A DNA stretch of 20,000 nt from an uncultured virus (IMG/VR IMGVR_UViG_3300032223_003290). Lineage: Duplodnaviria; Heunggongvirae; Uroviricota; Caudoviricetes. Both the position numbers and the translations under genes were made by a program. This document shows, piece by piece, positions 16,601 through 20,000 of the stretch. The stretch lies in IMG/VR virus record IMGVR_UViG_3300032223_003290; one strand, given 5' to 3'. Within the stretch, counting starts at the first letter, position 1, and each line of letters opens with the position of its first letter. The notes beneath the pieces are model-generated. The model was not told where the DNA came from. It did not search any database and was given only the letters and a program-made list of their open reading frames with translations.

Positions 16601-19600
16601 TATCATTCAAAATAAATCTGATATCATTTGAAGGCTTTGATGAGAATAAAACTGGGCTATAACCTTCACTTGTATTCTCACCAGTTCTATACCAGCAATC
16701 ACCATCATCAAGTGTATACCAAATTCCATTATTAGTACAAGCAACTAAAACATTTTGAGTAATGCTGTTGAATGTTGAAGAAAATACTTGAAGATCATAA
16801 ACACAAGTAGGAAGTGTGCCAATATAATCAGATCTTTCAAAAGTATTACCCTCATCAAAAGATCTATAAACTCCATCGTTTGTTCCAATGTATATTTTAG
16901 ATTTGCCAGGAGTATTTCCATTAGCAGCTTCAGTGTCAATCGCATAAGAAAAACAATGAAGTCCTCTCAAATATCTACTTTCCACAAAGAAATCAGAAGA
17001 ATTAACATCATCTGGATAACAATATTTCCAATTTCTGACTTTCAAAATTCCATCATCAGTAAGAATAAATAATGGATTAGCATAAGTTATTTTATTTGTA
17101 GAAGAAGGAACACTATATGCTTGGAAAGATTTATAAAATTTACTTACGCCTTCGGGATTTCCAGCACTAAACATTTTTCTAGGAATAAGAAATGATGAAA
17201 AAGTTGAGTATTGAGCTTCGTTGCCCATTACATAATAACCATCATCTCCTGCTGCGTGTAGACTTTCAAATTCAGATACAGTTCCAGAGCTATTCTTAAC
17301 ATATGTGCCTTTGAAAATTCCATTTACATTATTCGTGGTAAGTTTTAAAAAGTCAGATGTAAAATTGGTTGTTCCTAGCTTGACACTTAATCCATCACTT
17401 GTTGCAAAAGCTTCAAATAAAGTGCCATTCCAGAAACCATTTAGATAAGCATTTTGTCTTGCTGATGATGTTTGTTTTGTCCAAGAACCATCGTATTTCC
17501 AAAGTCCATTAGAAGCGCCAGCAATTACATTAAGATTTGGATCAAAAGCAATAAAACCAGCATCAACAGCGCCATCTAATGTGCTGTCAAGTTCCCAATA
17601 ACCAGTGTATTTCCAAACACCTTTTTCTGTGATTATTCTTGTTCCAGTACCATCTTTTGTAAGACCAACTACTCCTTTTATTTGAATAGGATCACTTTCA
17701 AAATCATTTACAGTAGGAATTAGCTCAGTTCTATTTTTATATGATGAGTTTAAGCTATCAAATTTTGTATTACTTGAAAAATTATCAACTAGTAATGTGT
17801 TCTTCAATCCTCTAGTGTCTGTCTGTGAAATTACAGGGGCTACAAAATCAAATATTGTAGAATTGTTGGATTTTATTTTTCTTGCTAATTCTTGAAGATT
17901 AGAATTGTTTTCTGAAGATAAATTATAAGTTTGATTTGAAATTGCAAGATAAAGATCATCTTCTAATCCAGATACAATATCATTACTGATTCCATAAACT
18001 TCAGTACCAGCAGCAAAAGTAGTTGTGCTAGTAAGTCTGGCTGAAGAAAGTGTAATTTCTGTTGGGAATGAAGTATTGTCAATAGATTTTACAACAACAA
18101 TTTCATAATTATTTCCGCTCTTAAGTTCTATTAAAGAATAATTATCAATTCTTTGATTAACATAAATTTTTGTGTCTGTACTCAAATTAGCAGTGGTAAG
18201 TAATGCAATTGGGTTTTTTGTTTTATATAAAGGAACAAAAGTGGAAGAATGAGGTTTTGTTCCTGCATCGGACAATGTCGGATAATCACTTACTATGGAT
18301 ATTTTGACATTATCTATATCTTTCTTTAAAACAGATTGAGTGAAAGTGATTTTGCCTTCTGATGGGTTGGAATAAAATGGAATTGTACTAGGCTGATTAT
18401 TTATATAAGTGAAAAGTCTAGTGTTATCAGTCTGAGTGTCATTCCAAGGGTCAGTGGTAAAAGTGTTGAAACTTTTCTCATAATATAATTGATCACCAGG
18501 AATGTATGAAGATCCTATAGCCACCATTTGATAAGGATAATTTAGAGTAAAATTAGTGATCTGGTTGTAATCTTTATCAAATACTGCAAACTCTGTTTCA
18601 GTTGCATTAAATGTATCGTTAGGTCTTTTCCATCTGTAGGTTAAAGATAAAGTACTAGCAACATTAACATCTTGCCATAATAATTCAGTACTTACAAAAA
18701 TACCATTAGTTGTTCCGGCGTATAACTTACCAAAATTACTACCATCATCAAAACTATAAAGTGAATTAACAGAACCTTGGAAAACAGGCTCCCAGAATAA
18801 TTCAGCATATGCAACGGATGTTCCTAATGATGCTTCTTGTACTCTCGCTACACCATTAGAATGTCCAATCAAATAATCTGTTGGAAAAGCAGTTGAATTT
18901 CTTTGAATTATGCAGTTGATGACACTACTTGAACCAGCTCCTGAAGGTGTAGAATTCTGATATATTTTTAATCTTTGAACTTCCCAAACGACATCAGAAG
19001 TGCCAAGAGAAAAAGTATTGCCAACATACAAATACCAAGTACTGTCTCCATTTATTGCTCCACTAGATACATAAATAGTTTTCCAATTGATAAATTCAGA
19101 GTTTGCATCTAATTCGGTAGATCTTGTCCAACTACCAGAAGAAGCAATATAAATTCCATTTTGTGATTTAGTAGTTTGATTCTTAACTAAAACTATATTT
19201 CCAGCACTTACAGCAACACCATCTATTGTTTGTGTGCCTGAAAGAGAGATATTCGTTGTAGTGGCGCATAAAGCATTTGAGAAAGATGTGGTCGATTGTG
19301 AAAAAGGAAGAGACCAATACTTACCTGTAGCATCCTCATAATATTTTGCAGTATGAGTGATAAATGCCTGATAATCATTCCACCAGATAATATTATTTTT
19401 GTATGCGCCATCTTTAATCCAATAAATTCCCTTTACTGGCTCGTTAAATATTTGAGATAGTTGGCTAAAATCTCCATAATATAAACCTTTAGTACTAGTA
19501 CCAATTGCTCCAACATACAATGCTCTTTGGATTGTAATATCATCAGTTTTACCAGTGACATAAGTGGTCTTCTGCGTTGATATTTCTTCAACTCCAGAAA

Positions 19601-20000
19601 GATTGTAAATGTTTGTTATTGCTGTTCCAGAACTATTATAGAAAGTAGAAATTTCATTCCAATTCCAGTTTTGATATCCTGTATTGTCTGGAATGATTGC
19701 ATAGTAAGCTTTATTTGATGTTAAGCCATATTGATAAGTTTGATATGTTCCATCTGTCAATTTATCAGAAGAAATCTTAAAACCAATTAATGTTTTTGCA
19801 ATACCGCTATCATCTGTTGGTAATTTCAAATCTTCCCAAACATCGCTAGTATTTTTGTAATAAACTTTGCCTAATGAAGTGCATGCATAAACATTTTTAA
19901 AATAATTTTCATTTGTTGGATAAATTATATTATCTTTAAGCGATAAAATTTTTCCATAATCGTTTTTCCAATTAGTTATTTTCGCTGTATTGCTGCCTAA
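13653..20000 (-). CDS. Giant mosaic virion/tail-adhesin protein (5'-truncated; at least 2115 aa)
   Basis: Frame stays open past 19829 to the window end. Contains a phage fibre-type module (ATTTNISLSGTQTIDG...VLVKNQT...NGIY), Asp-box/propeller repeats (GVYRSFDEGNTF, GIWYTLDDGDCW), a VWA-like domain (FDNSASM...VVSD) and repeated C-terminal beta modules. Confidence 0.85.
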   Translation of the reverse strand, partial: LGSNTAKITNWKNDYGKILSLKDNIIYPTNENYFKNVYACTSLGKVYYKNTSDVWEDLKLPTDDSGIAKTLIGFKISSDKLTDGTYQTYQYGLTSNKAYYAIIPDNTGYQNWNWNEISTFYNSSGTAITNIYNLSGVEEISTQKTTYVTGKTDDITIQRALYVGAIGTSTKGLYYGDFSQLSQIFNEPVKGIYWIKDGAYKNNIIWWNDYQAFITHTAKYYEDATGKYWSLPFSQSTTSFSNALCATTTNISLSGTQTIDGVAVSAGNIVLVKNQTTKSQNGIYIASSGSWTRSTELDANSEFINWKTIYVSSGAINGDSTWYLYVGNTFSLGTSDVVWEVQRLKIYQNSTPSGAGSSSVINCIIQRNSTAFPTDYLIGHSNGVARVQEASLGTSVAYAELFWEPVFQGSVNSLYSFDDGSNFGKLYAGTTNGIFVSTELLWQDVNVASTLSLTYRWKRPNDTFNATETEFAVFDKDYNQITNFTLNYPYQMVAIGSSYIPGDQLYYEKSFNTFTTDPWNDTQTDNTRLFTYINNQPSTIPFYSNPSEGKITFTQSVLKKDIDNVKISIVSDYPTLSDAGTKPHSSTFVPLYKTKNPIALLTTANLSTDTKIYVNQRIDNYSLIELKSGNNYEIVVVKSIDNTSFPTEITLSSARLTSTTTFAAGTEVYGISNDIVSGLEDDLYLAISNQTYNLSSENNSNLQELARKIKSNNSTIFDFVAPVISQTDTRGLKNTLLVDNFSSNTKFDSLNSSYKNRTELIPTVNDFESDPIQIKGVVGLTKDGTGTRIITEKGVWKYTGYWELDSTLDGAVDAGFIAFDPNLNVIAGASNGLWKYDGSWTKQTSSARQNAYLNGFWNGTLFEAFATSDGLSVKLGTTNFTSDFLKLTTNNVNGIFKGTYVKNSSGTVSEFESLHAAGDDGYYVMGNEAQYSTFSSFLIPRKMFSAGNPEGVSKFYKSFQAYSVPSSTNKITYANPLFILTDDGILKVRNWKYCYPDDVNSSDFFVESRYLRGLHCFSYAIDTEAANGNTPGKSKIYIGTNDGVYRSFDEGNTFERSDYIGTLPTCVYDLQVFSSTFNSITQNVLVACTNNGIWYTLDDGDCWYRTGENTSEGYSPVLFSSKPSNDIRFILNDSGSVGYLAQTFTTSSTANTISKVSAFLSIREQDNLSNSSYNNSLANTTLTAYVYSVDTNTKPQTQLAASSPITSSSVNVGGFTSFNLTSALDIPGTGSTTLALVIKETASSVPIFKWKKASTSNPYSGYGYTSSNAISWSGISTSYDFFFQAHYDNAYAPTETIVPVGNYDNTKVNWNSGAGKGVTSKNDGYLYLEPKFIISTVFDNSASMQMSSGFVSGFNNLLTNILNRTNKPSNGQLSYVDLWTFGTSIKHETGSGFTNAGTAITSIIGSLKLNGENSNLYDCLEYALIGQQPAAIPNSSVDTKQKIDILASSYIPLTFVVSDADNNTTVSLKSIEDNINYSWNNRGTKLVAFGVDDKTNTGSLRQLVKNTEGLYFDASSSYWSGITTALLHGGSHTLFAGSWAKSVEFDTPKFIKSITTAYTVSTGQSVDSSCTVKYKYSTDKKNYSDWITLTSTSTLNKEVTNLSFQIDMTEGWNNSTSLPVSPYVSQLYYTEVSPAVNYLFTTALTSTDDIFEYILSTDYSDTDKAKLTWGICKGNSTNWNDYEELIRNNNGIIASRQRSYKYTNSAFYEKLTCIKSSNNNLTYFAFYENERFTWLLTDTVEVYLNSSLVDPNNYTIDNVNGTIIFKQEVLLGNNVQVSISREGTRYEAYGEGTVSTDYKHYYAVNGRWPEDSKAVVLVNNNIVRGGYKLDRYNGKIIFDTDRSSSDIITLFILQSSNYRLGLKVETYSSTASTTYNFEFTHSGKANSNVYSHYLNTNIPSLKAESLALNSDVSYTSIGSTIQIASASRMYIDYKYISDNQQYKPRTRWYRTRTSGGGTTTVELDSTPNYRDRLVQRKADLSAANDYFKLNDLVYVTLEPNDNFDYGITYTSQPIIVKTLSAPYVYDVQIKSTNTITDNKISANSVLQAYYNFNGSTDLSSIEWHEWTNGVSNLIAQGPLLNPAVVLKNMAISFIVKPYDGTTYGTPIESQILHIL

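Noticed and set aside
398..19411. Short ORFs in the track nested in or overlapping long genes (e.g. 398-610, 623-934, 1365-1574, 1699-1893, 6832-7044, 6851-7168, 7565-7747, 9644-9955, 11393-11665, 15678-17072, 19223-19411)
   Set aside because: They overlap well-supported genes, mostly antisense or off-frame, and show no recognisable motifs.
1..20000. Ordinary bacterial chromosome (gyrA, dnaK, dnaJ, lepB)
   Set aside because: No hrcA/grpE operon context, the homologues are divergent and compact, and they are interleaved with virion genes and a UvsW-like helicase. A large phage fits better, although no capsid or terminase gene is in view.

Overview
AT-rich, densely coding window that best fits a large (jumbo-type) tailed bacteriophage using the standard genetic code. 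This is an inference from virion-type genes mixed with host-like housekeeping homologues. The + strand (1-4748) carries the 3' end of gyrA, then five virion-type genes: a conserved small virion protein, a Gly/Thr-linker LamG protein, an Ig-like protein and two paralogous tail-tube-like proteins. The - strand (20000-4754) carries a >2100-aa mosaic virion/adhesin protein, three consecutive serine proteases of different clans (subtilase, signal peptidase I, trypsin/HtrA-like), DnaJ, a small acidic protein, a holin-like membrane protein, a UvsW-like helicase with a large helical insert, a Zn-ribbon protein, DnaK, a MerC-family protein and a degenerate DUF151/BFN protein. Highlights: (i) a phage protease-chaperone module; (ii) an Hsp70 lacking the loop and salt-bridge residues tied to GrpE dependence; (iii) apparently leaderless dnaK, dnaJ and helicase genes sharing a -10 motif; (iv) an unannotated hairpin-flanked 23-aa + strand peptide gene in the 7692-7960 gap; (v) a candidate late-promoter motif ahead of structural genes. 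All family calls come from reading motifs by eye; no database searches were run.
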